A DNA stretch of 63,555 nucleotides, counting the filler, from Bigelowiella natans CCMP2755 (taxonomy: Eukaryota > Protista > Cercozoa), in NCBI GenBank assembly GCA_000320545.1. It is 5 parts of 5 records of this genome, joined end to end, with 100 filler letters (N's around TTAATTAATTAA, not from the genome) between each part and the next. Parts side by side here need not be neighbours in the genome. Positions count along the whole stretch, not along the records: positions 15,141 to 27,837 come from ADNK01001006.1; positions 27,938 to 44,677 come from ADNK01001924.1; 3 more parts are not named here. One strand, written 5' to 3'. The position numbers were made by a program, and so were the translations under genes. Position 1 is the stretch's first letter. Every line of letters begins with the position of its first letter. Positions 26,812 through 40,627 of this stretch are shown here, piece by piece. The notes beneath the pieces are model-generated. The model had not been told where the DNA came from, ran no database searches, and was given only the letters and a program-made list of their open reading frames with translations.

Positions 26812-27428
26812 ACATGAGAGATTGCTGTTGGTGTTGCATAAATCTGCTTCACTTGCGTGAGAAACCTTCGTCAGATCAAAGAAGAAGTTCAGGCTTAGAT
26901 TGAGCTTGCCCTCATATGTGGTGTGTGCCACGTCATTGCTCCATCATGTTTTGTGATTTTGGTTGACTCAGCAAAAATGTGTTGTTGCTATTTGCACGCT
27001 GTGTGCGAATCGAGAATCATATTACTGTGTCTATAAGAATAATGTGCTACGATGCATGCACATTCACTACGTACAGCACGCGGCGTCTGCAAATGCTATG
27101 TACATGTAAAGCCAAAAAAGCACGAGCAATCGTATCGTACGTACATACAATGCAGCTGCCTAGCTTGCATCCCGATAATTGCGCAGCATTCTAGCGCTAG
27201 TGCACGCACAACGTACGTGCTATATATACGCCGCATCTGCCGCCGGGTCTCTGACTGACAAACATGTTGTTGGCAAGTCTAGCATGCATTGCGGCCGATG
27301 GAATAATGACCTAGATCATACGCTATCCCTACAGTCTAGTAGCATAATCTTTATCTGTTACACAGGCAGTTGCTTCATACATACTAGCATAGCATAAAGA
27401 AATTGTCGGTAGCAGCAGCAGCATTAGC

Positions 27429-27777
27429 TCATTTCGTAGATTTTTTCTCCTTCCTCTTTCTTGCCTCGATTCTCTCTAAGCTGAAATCGATGAGGTCCAG
27501 CAGGCGGCTAAGCTCGATGTCTGGCCTGTTTCGGGAAACACCAAACAAACACAATCATCAGATCGACGAACGCAGAGCGGTGGTATGGCACAAAAGCCAC
27601 TAATCGCTGAAGCGCGATGAAGTGATAAAACTCTTAACATAAAACAAAAAGTTCAAGTTAGAATTTGTAAATGTGTATATCACATTTTTGTGAAAATACC
27701 CCGAGTACAAGCGAGCTGGAGGGAGAAGCCGGACAAGCAAGTCCTTGATGTATGGGCCCACGTGCGGGCTTTGAGCC
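27429..27777 (-). CDS. Last two exons of an unidentified gene cut by the contig end
   Basis: AQSPHVGPYIKDLLVRLLPPARLYS|GPDIELSRLLDLIDFSLERIEARKRKEKKSTK*, joined by a phase-compatible GT-AG intron. Confidence 0.55.
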
Positions 27778-27837
27778 TGTGCAGAGGGACAAGGAGCATC
27801 GTCAGAGGGAAAGCAAACTCGTTACATAATTGTGTGT

Positions 27838-27937
27838 NNNNNNNNNNNNNNNNNNNNNNNNNNNNNNNNNNNNNNNNNNNNTTAATTAATTAANNNNNNN
27901 NNNNNNNNNNNNNNNNNNNNNNNNNNNNNNNNNNNNN
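27838..27937. other. Artificial contig spacer
   Basis: N-TTAATTAATTAA-N, 100 nt. Confidence 0.98.
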
Positions 27938-28137
27938 TTGGTGGGGGGGTAGGGGAGAGAGAGAGAGTAGTAGTATGTTGGGAACGGCGGATGCGTTGGA
28001 CACTCGATAGTTTCTCACCAAAGCAAAATTAAACGCCCAACCCCTCCCCCCCTTACCCTTCTCTGCTCTTCCTCGTTCTCCTCCTCTCTCTCTCTCTCTC
28101 TCTCTCTCTATTTTATTCGTGGTGGTGGTGGTGGTAG

Positions 28138-28829
28138 AAATGCCCCGGACCGAGAGCCTCAAAGACTGCATGAGCCGAACTATACCCTACTTCAAAAACG
28201 ATATAATGCAAAATCTTTACAGCAAGGGTTCCATGAAGAACACGTTGGTAAGCCGGCATACACACACCGCGCGCGCGTATGGATATGCATGAGGGTTATG
28301 TGGCGGTTAGATCATGAGCGCATTTGGGGTAGGTCTTCTCCATTCTCACCAGTATGGATAGCAAAACACACACACACACACACACACCGTAGCACCTTAG
28401 AACAGTGTCAGTGGTAATAGTAGCAGCAATGGCCAAACCCAGTGATAACAAACCGATGCCAAAATTGATGGCATTGCAGGTGGTGAGCAGCGAGAACGCC
28501 ATTCGGGGGTTGCTGATGGAGCTCTGCGACATTACTGAGGGGGACATTACATCCGTGGAGATTCCCACTGGTCTGCCCATGCTGTACGACAGAAAGACAA
28601 GGTGAGAAGAGAAGAGAGCAGCGTCAGTATAGTAGTAGCAGTAGTTCGGTTTGTGTCTTTCGAGATTCGCCTGTTTCCCCTTGTTACCGGAGGCTGATTG
28701 ATGATGGGGGTTATGAATAAGGTCAATATGTTTGCTGGACGACGGAAAAGGCGACCCGCTATCTCGCTATAACTTCGGCTCAAAGCCCGAGCTGCTGTTC
28801 AAAAATAGAATCACGAGCAATGGCTCTGG

Positions 28830-28866
<37 letters not shown>

Positions 28867-29067
28867 GAAAAACAACAGAAGGACAAGAACCAGGATGGCG
28901 GGTTGTTGAACGTAGGTACAGGCGATGAGAGAAGCAAGGGCTCCTTCTCCTCGCCAACGTCGATGGGGGATAACAACGACGATAGCAAGAATGATAAGCA
29001 GCAACAGCCAAATAACAATAAGAGGCAGCCCGCAGCGCTCGTCTCGGCGTTGTGGAGGTCAAAGTAG
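28138..29067 (+). CDS. C-terminal exons of a cofactor-dependent phosphoglycerate mutase-like (histidine phosphatase) protein, 5'-truncated
   Basis: PRTESLKDCMSRTIPYF...TL|VVSSENAIRGLLMELCDI....ITSVEIPTGLPMLYD matches the dPGM motifs P.TESLKD...R..PY and NIPTG.P..Y. Confidence 0.85.
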
Positions 29068-29624
29068 ATGGACGACGCACCGAGTCTTTTGGTTAACTTT
29101 TAGCGCACTGCTCATATGAATAAGAACTCGCAAGGTTTATAGTTTTAGCTGCAAGTTGCCCCACCGTATGTACAATATCTGGATGATTACTATAGGTAAA
29201 GTGTATGCAACGACTGCTACGCATGTCTATTCTAGTATTGCTAGATTGCAACTTCACTTGCTCATTAAGTGTGACATCATGGCATGCATCGTGTGTGTGT
29301 GATGACGATGAAAATCATTTTTCGTTGATGATGTGCGGTACTCCAAGCAAACAGTGCGAAGTTCATCATTGTGTCATTGATGAGCAGGTTAATTATCCTG
29401 AACAGAATCCAGCATGCTGTGTGCATGCATGATCGTGCGCAACGTGCATGTGCTGCGTTACAATGCTGTTTGAGGCGGTCCATAGTGACACGCACTGTGA
29501 TGAGTAATGTAGCTACCGAAACATCTGTTTTACGTGACATCATTACGTAGCCATGTGCGCTAAACTTCCTATATCTGCTTTTCTGTGAAATGTTTTAGTG
29601 GTTAGGCTTGTGAGAGGGGTGTAG

Positions 29625-29670
<46 letters not shown>

Positions 29671-29889
29671 GGCCATCCTAATCAAACTATGCAAAGCAGC
29701 GGCCACAGCGCTGAAATGGCGTTTGCTAAAGTTAATACCAAGACAAAGCAACACACTCCTGTGACTTTCCCCTACTATTTTCGCCTAAAATAATTAGCCT
29801 ACGGTAACATCCAAATGTTCATGACGTCAATCTCAACCGCCACTCGCATGCGTGCGTTGTCATCTAGCCAGGGCAACGAGCGAGAAGCG

Positions 29890-32150
29890 TCATTGATGTC
29901 GGCCATCATCCCGTCGACGAAGCCAGGATCGAAGAGGCCGCTCGAAGTGCTTTTCAAGTACATGCGCCATTGCGATGGAAACTATCAGCACAAGGGGAAT
30001 CGCCCATACCGGTATCTGACTCTTACGGGTTTCGAATTCGTTACACTCTTCCGCCGCAGCGCCGCTCGCCTCTCCCTTTTTAGCATCATGCCCACACACG
30101 CCATCAGCTGGCCAAACCAATGGGCCGTGCAGAGCAAGCTTGATTCCATCGATCACAGGAAAGTGAATTAGATATAAACAGAGGGATATCCCCCCGAGCC
30201 ACTGTGCAACGCCAGTACCCAACGCAGTTGAAGCGGCACTTCGACCTCGATCGATCGCCAACGCAGCGACGACGGTCAGCTGCGCATGCGGAACGATGGC
30301 TTGAAACCACACCGCTCCTAGAAGGGATGCATGTGGATCTCTCAGAAAATAGACCTTCAAAGCCGCATCAAGAGCTGAGACGGCCAGGAACGCGGCGAGG
30401 AGCTCAAACGCAATTAAACTCGGATTTTGTGCGAATTCGGGCATTAACCCAGAGGCTCCGCTGAAGGTGGAAGAGGACAGTGCTGCCGCGCCTTCTGCGA
30501 CAATATCATCCTCATCACCGTCATCGTTGCTATGACTGTGGCTTGCTACGTCGCCATCGTCACTGCCATCACCAAGGCCTGGGTTGATGGCGCTCATTTT
30601 GTAGTCATACGACTCCTCTTGGCGGCGATTGTGAGAAGGAGACCACCGGCCGGAGTTTGGGGAGATATGCCCGCACGAAGGCCACCAACCCCCTCCATTT
30701 CCACGGTAGCAGCAACAGCAGCAACCTCTAAGAAAAGGCCATTGAATCCGGCCTGTCTCGTCACCAGCAGCAGCCCAATCATCTTCATGTTCATCATCAT
30801 TTTCCGTGTTTATAGCGAGCTGGCTACTGCCGCTGCGGGTGATAGAGCCGTGCTGTTGCCTGCGACGTTCCAGACGAAGACAGAGCTCCCCCCCCATCAT
30901 GCCCATCAAGAAGAGAGGGAACCTCGTGATAGGGTTCATCGTGGCCGTTGCAAAGCTGATCCAAAAGCCGGCGCCAAGGACAAGAAAGAGGGGGAACCCT
31001 ACAATCGTCAAGCAGAGTTGTAGATAGAAGCACGAAGCTACTGAGTTGCGGAGCTCATGATCAGCCATTCTCTGCAGCGTTGGGAGCCAACTGGGAAAGC
31101 AGAACCAGAATGATGTAAGAGTGGATATCGTCCACGCCGGGCCGTCGAGTGGGGACCCTACTGCAAAGCTTGCAAGTGTAGAGAGGGGGGCTAGCACCGT
31201 GGTAATGACTGAAACGACAATGGAGCCCACGTTTCCAGGACGAACGTATCCGTAACCAAGGTAGAACGCTGGTGCGGCTGTTAGTCATGCACGTGTATGC
31301 ATGAGTATTCGTGTGTTAGGAATATATTCATTGATGAATAAGATACCAATGATGTTCGCAAGGATATAGATGGGGCCGATCCTTGCCACGCGGTTTCTAT
31401 AAAACCTGCTCGCATCCATGATTGCTGCCTCGCGAGAAGCTCTAGCGCCTGATTGTAGCTCCTGCTGATACTCACGTCGTCTCCTCGCCTCTTCTATTTG
31501 GGACGGAAAAGGGACCATGGAGAAAGTGGTTTGTGTGTGTGTGTGTGTGTATGTGTGTATGTGTGCGTGTCGTATATGAATTCGAAGATGTTTGTTCTAT
31601 GGGGAACATGTTGCATATCAACTGACACCTGAATGTGTTGTTCTTAAAGCGAGGTGGAGCAGGCAAGGAAGGATGGGGCCTTCATAACGTAGACGTTTTC
31701 TTCCATAAACTGCTGTAAGGGAAAACCCGGAGAGGATGAAGAAGAGGGGCATGATCGCAGATCCCTGAAAATCCAGTCCAAGCGGGCTGTACAAGATAGC
31801 GTGGAAGGCCACAACCCACACCGCCGCGGCTCCTGGGGGAAACCCACATTAAGAACTGTATTCATAATAGATACACAGCAACTATGAAAGGACAGAGCAC
31901 ACCTCGCAAGCCTGTGTGGGAGCGCATGTCAAGCTGCACAGCATCCTTTTCCTCATTAGCTTCCCCTTCCCTTCCTTCCTCTTCGTGGGATGTAATCTCT
32001 AGTTTAGTTGGTTGGCGAGCCTTTGCGTCTGCACGCTCTCTCACCTCGTCCCCTGCGTTTCACAAAAACAATAAGTACCAAAAAATAGAGAGGATCAGCG
32101 AGGGGGGTACTTTCTTCAGCATGGACGACAGCATACTCTCGAGCCGCCAT
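29890..32150 (-). CDS. Acyltransferase family 3 (OafA/Acyl_transf_3) membrane protein
   Basis: Motifs TGLRG|..AVWVVAFH, MPLFFILSGFSL, FYRNRVARIGPIY, GPAWTIST..FWFCFP, LGGISLCLYLIHFPV, FERPLR, with many hydrophobic helices. Confidence 0.9.
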
Positions 32151-32345
32151 AGCACTAGCTTCACAAGTTGCTATCCTCCCTCATCGTCCTTGTCCTGCTT
32201 CTCCTCGCCTTTAAACGCTGATCGGCTCCTGAAAGAGCACCATCGTCAAGGCTCTCCGAACATGTTCGAGCATGTAATCATCATTTGCAGCCCTTTTTTT
32301 ACGAAATATTGGGTCATTACATTGTCGCACAACGGGAACGCCATA

Positions 32346-32765
32346 CCACGAGAATCGACATGCATCGAGCGAACTTGCCGATCGATCCATTTCATGCTGC
32401 GACGGCTAAATTTGGGCCAACCAAAATGGCTCTCCGAATCTCGCAATGGTGCGTTTTAGCCCCACCCCCATGAATTGCATGGGCTGACTTCTGGCTGTGG
32501 TGATGGCTGCTAGTGCAACGTGGCCATCTGTGATCGACAGCCGTTGCATGTGTGCGCATGCATCACACATGTGCGCGCACGACATGCACGTTGCTGTGTC
32601 TAGCTGTTGCATGACATGCATTGCACCATTTCGCTGCTTGGCTTGTGCGTCGTTGGATCGTGCTGGCGTACGGCTCGGCAGGCTCGATTACTCAACGCAT
32701 GCATGTGCGTGCATTTTGCGATGTGTGAAACATGATGCATGCTTCACACAATGTGCGTCTGAGAC
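32346..32765. other. TpA-depleted, TG/CA-rich intergenic tract
   Basis: 6 TA in about 420 bp, 4 of them in TAG/CTA context, plus long alternating purine-pyrimidine runs. Confidence 0.75.
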
Positions 32766-32888
32766 CTACGTACTTGGGATGGAGATGTAGCACCCAAATC
32801 AAATGAACAGAGCACAAATGCTTTGGAAATCGCCAGTTTTACTAAGATTACATTCAACACTAGGTGTGGTAGGCCTATTCTAATTATT

Positions 32889-33399
32889 CTACTTCTTTAG
32901 TCTTTTAAGTCTCTTCGCTTTGCCAGCAGGGGTGTGTTTGTACAGCAGGGCCATCATATGCTTCTCAGACTTTAGAATTTGCTCTGTGTTGCCTTTAGCC
33001 AAGTCTCTATTGAGTTCCGCGTCCTTTGCTAGCTGCTTAAGGTAAACTTTCTGTTTGATCTTACGGTTGAGAACCTGACATTTCATATTTAGATTATTAA
33101 AAGCTTCAACTGTAACGCTGAAGAAGTAACATGCAACGGCAAGCTTTTACGTTCAAATGGGTTCAAATGATAAGAAATTATGTGCAATCGAGACCAAAAC
33201 CACCATCACACGATGTAAAATACTAGGTTCGCAGCTCACTTCAACTGGAGGGAAAAGATATTATTTCTGATCACATATGTCTGTAACCCCACCTTTTTCT
33301 CTTCATGTGAGTAGTTTTCCTGCATATACATGAAAAATACACCGGTCACGTTACGCCGTAAGATATATAAATAAATATATAAATAATATTTTTGTTATA

Positions 33400-33440
<41 letters not shown>

Positions 33441-33888
33441 ATATACATTATGCATTTAGATGTAGACAGAGGAAGAGGTTTGGGAGAAGGGGGGCAGAAA
33501 ATGTATAGAGTAGCAAAAAACCTTGAGAGAGACATCGGACATAGTCAACTCGCTCACTTCATGGGATTTCTGAGAATATGGCATTGACGAATGTAAAGGA
33601 GGAGAAGAGAGAGGAGATTGTGATATCGCTCCTTCCAGCTAGAGACACTCGAGAATCGATAGCTTTACTGCTCGGTGGTGATGGATGAAATGCAACTATC
33701 AACACACACGTACCCGTCCATCATCATCATGATTGTTATGAGTCCTGGAGGTCAATGCTACTTGGTCAGCGACGTGTTGGTGATAGTTTGTGCCCAATGC
33801 TTTTTCAACTTCGCACTCCCTTTCCACCTAAAGTTTCAAATGTAAATCTATATGCGTGCATATATAAAATAATTATTAACTTAACAGT

Positions 33889-33930
<42 letters not shown>

Positions 33931-34667
33931 TGTGTGTGCATGTGTGTGTGTGTGTTTGTGTAATGAGTTCATATTTTTGCTTATATTAGTTGAATGGTTT
34001 CAATTACCCCGAACACATACAAACACAGAAAGAGATAGCGAGAGCGAGCGAGAGAGAGGCAAGAGAAACCAAACTATGTATACCAACCTTCTGATCTAAA
34101 TTTTCCTTGAGAATATCATCGTGATCTTCCCGGCAACAATAGTAGTGCAGATAGAAAAAAACCTAAACGCAGAACAATCATTGTTTATTCCTGTACCAAA
34201 ATTGGTTGAATGAGGTCCCCATGTTGTCAAGTAGTGCTTCTATTTCGTTTCAACAGTAGTCAAGTATTATTTGCTTGTCCACTCAATCAATTACTTCAAA
34301 GAGTAGCCAGAACAAAAACCATCCAGTATGAAGCACCTGTAGGGAAGTTGGCGATCTGCACACCAACCACGATGCATACTGTCAGATATGAGCAAAGTTT
34401 CATTAAATTTCTATCAGTAGCACATTACTAATAGCAGCTGGCTGTCTTATGTACATTTGGACACGTTCATGGGAAAAAGTACCCCAGCTTGCGCATTTGC
34501 CACATGATATTTAACATTGCGCCTATGATGATGAAGCTGCCAAAGAAATGATGGCAGAATTCCCATGCTTTCCGACAACAAGTTTTTGTCTAAGATTATA
34601 CGGAGAAATGGAGAAGTTGAGACTTAGATCTGCAAAAGTAAAGGCAATTATATCATTTTTCAAATAA

Positions 34668-34699
<32 letters not shown>

Positions 34700-34813
34700 C
34701 AATATAGTGGCCACCATTATGTTTTCCCCGGGTAGCTTTGTTCTGTATTTCTGTGGACGACAGAGAGCGAAGAAGAACTGGATACGGACAGATAGATGCA
34801 CAGAGAAAGCAAG

Positions 34814-34854
<41 letters not shown>

Positions 34855-35062
34855 GATTGGCAAAAAAAACTCCACACCGACTTCCAAGCCTCTCCTGTTC
34901 ATAGAACCAGTTTTTCTTACTTGCAAAATGATGACGATTATTGTGAGTGCCCCTGCTTTCGAATGATATCTGAGATGATGAAGTGAGAAGATTAGTTTGG
35001 AATATACATACAGATATGTATCAGCATATACATATAGATTTATTTAAATACAATATTTATAC

Positions 35063-35095
<33 letters not shown>

Positions 35096-35560
35096 TAATT
35101 ATTTTCCTGCGCCTATTTTTCAAAAACTACGTTTCAAGATGTTCTTGGCGCCCCTCGGTTTGATAATAAGCCATCCCTGCTCCCAGAACCTAAATTAATC
35201 CAGAATGAAACTAAATTCGATGCTTATCACCCTCTTGTGGAACAACTCCTCTAGGTTGTCATCTAAGTTTTGAGTCCAGGTCAATGCCTCTGTTTTATCT
35301 TTCTACTATTGCGTAGAGAGAGTAAATTCAAGCACATAAATTTTGGAATAAAAAAATATACCACAAATACGAAGCCGATGACTTGGAAGGTGACATGGAA
35401 GCAGTGCGGCTTAAACTTCTCCTCGAGTTTCCACTAATTCAATAATACCAAAACCACTATTTGTTGGGCTGGCAAGCTCCAAATTCGATTTTTGTGCCTC
35501 AACATCTTTTCAAAAATAATGTAGCATGTGAAATCGCTTGCACTCTCCTCCATTCCCTGT
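32889..35560 (-). CDS. Intron-rich gene of unknown function
   Basis: A series of AG..GT-bounded exons (KDKTEALTWTQNLDDNLEELFHKR, FWEQGWLIIKPRGAKNILK, GAMLNIMWQMRKL|DRQLPYRCFILD|EALLDNMGTSFNQF, VERECEVEKALGTNYHQHVADQ) and a basic last exon ending at TAG near 32889. Confidence 0.55.
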
Positions 35561-36768
35561 CCCACAACATCATCCTCTTCTCACTGACAAAAGCGGATCC
35601 TTTAACTGGCACAAAGGCTTTCTTTGTTATCGTGCGGGTTGATAGAATGCCTGTACGTTTTAAAATTAGGAATTTGAATTCGATCTCGACTAAGAATCAT
35701 TGTGTATTGATTCCTTACCAATTGTGAAACAAAGGCAAATCCCAAGCCACATGAAGATCCTTTGTGTTAAAATTAATAGAGTCTTATTACAATAGAAAGC
35801 CATTGCGTTCGATCGGAGGAAATCTTACGAGTGTGCCACTCGAGCTTCATCTTGGAAGTAAAGAGTAACCCCCATTAGAGTGGAGGAAGAAGTTCACAGG
35901 AGAATGATAGGCTATCGACAGTGATGTGGTGGATGGGGGTGGAGCGTTACAAATATGCTGCTTCTCCTTCCTATTACGTAACGTATGCTCCTGAAACACA
36001 TTAGCGAAGTGCAAAAATGCCTAATAATGTACCGAAATATATCTTATTTATCCTCATGATGTTTTAAACAATCATTTCGTAATGAGTATCCAAAATATTG
36101 AAATTATAAATAGAATTCGATTAAATTGAGATGTTCTTCCCATATATTCTTTGTCCAAATAGGACGTATTTCTAATACTGAAAACCTTCCATTCCTTTGA
36201 TACGACAATACTAATTTTTTGTCGTTAGGATCCAGCCAACTATTAACCCGTAAATCAGACTATTATGCAGTATTTTTATTTATAATTACGATAATATAGT
36301 GTAATTGTGGAATTATTATTGTAAATATGAATGACGTAAATAATTAACATGCTGCTGTAAACCAAAGAAAAAGAAAACAATAGTCTGAATTAAAAGAAAA
36401 TCCCATCTCGTTTGGCTAAACGGAAATGGCTACGGAGGTGACTGTGGTGCTTGACTTTTACTTCTTGCCCATTTTGAAGAAGATTAGGAGGCACCTGCGT
36501 TAAAAAAAACCATGATGCCTAATCCCTAAGAATTGAACTAGACTGTCTACCTTCTATTATTGGACGACGGTATAGGGAAAGTGTGTTACGGTTGTGCCTT
36601 CTTCCCTGAAGTTGTTATTGTACTGGTCATTCTTCGTAACCGATATCTATCCTTCGATGGAAATCTTTCCCTCTTTCACCCAGCTCAAGAGTTTCCACCC
36701 CCTATATATACCCGAAATCAACCTTTTGCAAAGGTGATAGCGCGGATGGAAAGTGCTTCAAGTGCTGA

Positions 36769-37478
36769 ATGAAAGCTGCAAGGGAGACGATCGTTGGAAC
36801 TACAGGTCGATCGGGATACAATGAAGAGGCCGATTTAGAAGTAGGACTGACGATGGTGGAGCCCGCGCGATACGGCTCTCTGGAGTCATATGTGAAAGAG
36901 CAGGTTTGGACCAAATGTTGTCTTTTGTTGCTGAGAAGCTTCTTACAGTTGGAGATAGCGTATTTTAACATTATCACGTCCTGGTCGTATCAGGAGTCGA
37001 TGATGCACCCTGGCGAGGACACGCGATGTTTCTGCTGCTCTTGGAATGTCCCAGTTGTCCTGCAACCTGTCTGTCGATACACCGGAAAGTGTGATAGGTG
37101 GATGAATAACATGGTGGCTGTACCGATCATCGCTTGACTTATATCTCTTTCAAATCTTTTATTTTTTAGGGCATGTACGCATTGTATGTTCCTTCTGCAG
37201 GTACTCAGATACATTTCTATTTTCGTTCACCATTCTGCAACTCAAATGAAAACAGCTCACCCCGAGAATAATGCCCACTTGTATTCGTACCATCTACAGT
37301 TCCTGGGGTGGTGCTGTCTCCTATCACTTCCCAGAATGGCGTGTATCATTGACCTTATTGTCACCCTCGCGATCTATCTGGGCCCTATGCGGCATGGAAT
37401 GGAAGTATTTGAATTTCTCGCAATGGAGGTGGTCTTAGCTGAAGCTTTGTGTATAAAATATTTATGTGTGTATATACG

Positions 37479-37510
<32 letters not shown>

Positions 37511-39838
37511 TATATTTATATGTATATACGCCATTTGAGCTCCTCCTCAGCGGCTGGTTATATTCCAGGCTTGGCCATATGACTTTGAAAAGTCATCGTT
37601 GCTCGTCGTGACCCTCGCTATCGTCCGATCAGTCACCCTCTTCAGCGTCTTTGCAGAAAGGAGACGGGTAGAGCCTCCTCCCCACTTGCATCATCAGCTG
37701 AATCTCAACTGTGGCCTCCTAACCGTGGGAACGAAACCTAATGAAATGCCCTCTTTCCGATGCAATAGGAATGGACGATTGCGGTGTCTACGTCAATGCT
37801 CCTGCTGACCTTTGGCTTCATCGGGGCCAAGATCGCCGTGGGGATCGAGACGAATTGTAATAGCGCAGAACTAAATGTTTGCATGGATGGAAAGAGGGCG
37901 GTTGCGTGGTGGGAGAGCAATGAGAGACAAGTAGCGGTGATGGCTTTGTGAAGTGCTCTGTGATTACTTACCGCTTTGGATGATGTGTGTTGTGTTACAG
38001 ACATGTTCCGGCAGCCCCTCCTCCCATTTTCAATCGCTATTGCTACTATAGAGTAAAATATTCTATTCGAACGATAACACATCATCGCCATAATAGTCAC
38101 CTGTCCGCACGCATACGATACGATAGTTTCTCTTCCTCGCCACCCTCCCCCCCCGCGCCCCCCCACCTCCGTTGCTAACCCCCCTCGCTCATATTTACCA
38201 GGTACGTTTTGTATTGGCTAGTCGGTCGAAGGAGAGTGGTCATGCACCCACGCTTTAGCCAGGTTCAACCGTAGTAATAGTAGTGGGAGTTGTGAGTTGT
38301 AAGTAGTGGCGGCATCAGATATAGAAAGAACTCGGTGCTGGAGACACACGCACACGCTTTTGTCTATGACGGCTATTATTCCTATTCTTCTTATTATTCT
38401 TATCGTGATTATTCTTGCTCGCTTGCTGCTCCCCAGAGCACCAAGAGCACCAATGTATCAGCAGAGCTGCCGGTATCTTTCTCTGCTCAAAACCTGCAGC
38501 AGCTGGGGAAGCTGCACGATCTGAAAGACGACGACAGCAAGTTCATCAATATTAGCAACGTGCGTAATTGTTCATCGTTCATTTTAGTTTCAGGGAGGAG
38601 GGGGGGGGGGGGGGGGGGGAATGGAAGGAAACTGATGACCATTATTCTGATATTAGAGGAGCATTCACTACAAGCTGGAGAAGGGAGACCAGAAAAAGAG
38701 CGGAGAGGATATAGTCTTGATTCACGGTGATAATAATAATGATAATAATAATAATAATAACAATATAATATTATTATTATTTTCCTCGAAATCAATACAG
38801 CATTCTCCCCGGCGCACCATCGCCATCATCCTCCTCCTCATCATCATCGTCGTCGCCGTTTGCTGCTTTGAATGTTGCTAGATTTTGGAAGTAGCCTTTT
38901 GACTTGGAACGATGCAATGCCGTACATCAAGCCCAAAGCAAGGTAGCCTTGCTGTTGTTTCCTTAGTGCTGCTACTCACCACCGCCACCATCGGCATCAT
39001 CATCATCACCACCATCACCACCACCACCACCATCACAGTAGCAGTGATAGCAGTAACACCGCATTATGACTGCACAAAATTCACCTATATATCGGCAATC
39101 ATGTGACGACCAAAGGCGTATTTTACGGTTTGACCTGCCTGGGTTCGGCTTAAGTTGCCGGCCGACGGAATGGGGGGAGGGGGAAGAAAATCCCTACACA
39201 GGTTTGCTACGGCTGGACGTGGTGTTTGTTTAAGCGAAAGTGATGATGGTGGGAGGGGGGGGGGGGGGGGGGTTAGGAAATGATGATCAGGGTTAAAGTG
39301 TTTTCCCTTGAGCTTCTATGATGGATGAGCTGGCAAGGGAGTATGTGAATAACATGTGGTTTGTTGTGACGGTGATTACCAAATCCAGACGCCTTCTGGC
39401 TAAAAGTTGTTTTCGGGTTGATGGAAAGGGTGAGAATCAAGAAGGTGGGTCTTCCCGTTTAACATCAACATCATCGTCATTATCATCATCATCATCAGCA
39501 TCATCATCATCATCATCATCATCCTGGCCTTATCCTGCTCACAACCAACGCTACCGCGGCTATTATTCGTTCTTATATAAACAACTTGAAAAGGCTGCCC
39601 TGGTGGGGCATGGAATGGGAGGCTCGTTAGCCATTATAGCGGCCTCAGTACAGCCAAGAAAGGTCATCGATTGCTACTAGTCCGAACTAATATAACCCCA
39701 CACCAAATTATCGCTGCAGAGCTTCTTATTAGGCGATGTGTGGTGGGTGGTGAGCAAAGCATAGAGGCCGAACGGCCATCATCGTCGAATATATGTGCAC
39801 TCACACTTATACACACATGGCTGTTTGTTTGGTCGTCG

Positions 39839-39869
<31 letters not shown>

Positions 39870-40071
39870 CTTCGTTTTTGTTGGTATTTCCTAGGTGTCA
39901 CGACTAGTCCTCGTAGCCCCGAAGATATACGGAAACAGCTACGTCCCCAAATCGCTAAAGCCTTTCCTCACCACGCCGTCGTTACTCAGGTAACAGTTAC
40001 TACCTCGGAAGCATTACAAATGATGTGAAACTATGATGATCTTTGCCCCCCCCCTTTTCCCCCTCCCCATC

Positions 40072-40106
<35 letters not shown>

Positions 40107-40589
40107 CCTCCAAAGGGCATATTACTCCAAGATACAAGAGGAGTCGACCTACGAAAGGAAGATTGTTGTGAAACCTCAAGGAGATGACGTAATACATCAT
40201 GATCATCATCATCATCATCATCAACAACAACAACAACAACAGCGACTCATTGAAATGCAAAGCAGAGGGGGGATGGGGGGGTTGTGGTCGCACTCGATTT
40301 GGTCGAAGAGGGTGTCTGCAATACCAATACGGCACCTAATAATTGAGTCTGATGTTAATCAGAAGCAAAGCTTGATGTGTGATGCGGAGGGGTGGGATAC
40401 GGTGATATTCGAGCTTAACAAACCCCATCGTAGCAGGTAGCAGTTGCATGTGCTTCATGTGGCCAGAGAGGCACATATCAGCACAAACTTCTTCCTATTT
40501 ATAGCCATCTTTGCATGGTGATGATGCCGTATCTCTCCTGTTGTGAAGGAGGAGGAGGAGGCCTAGCAATGTAGTTCATCATATTCGAG

Positions 40590-40627
<38 letters not shown>

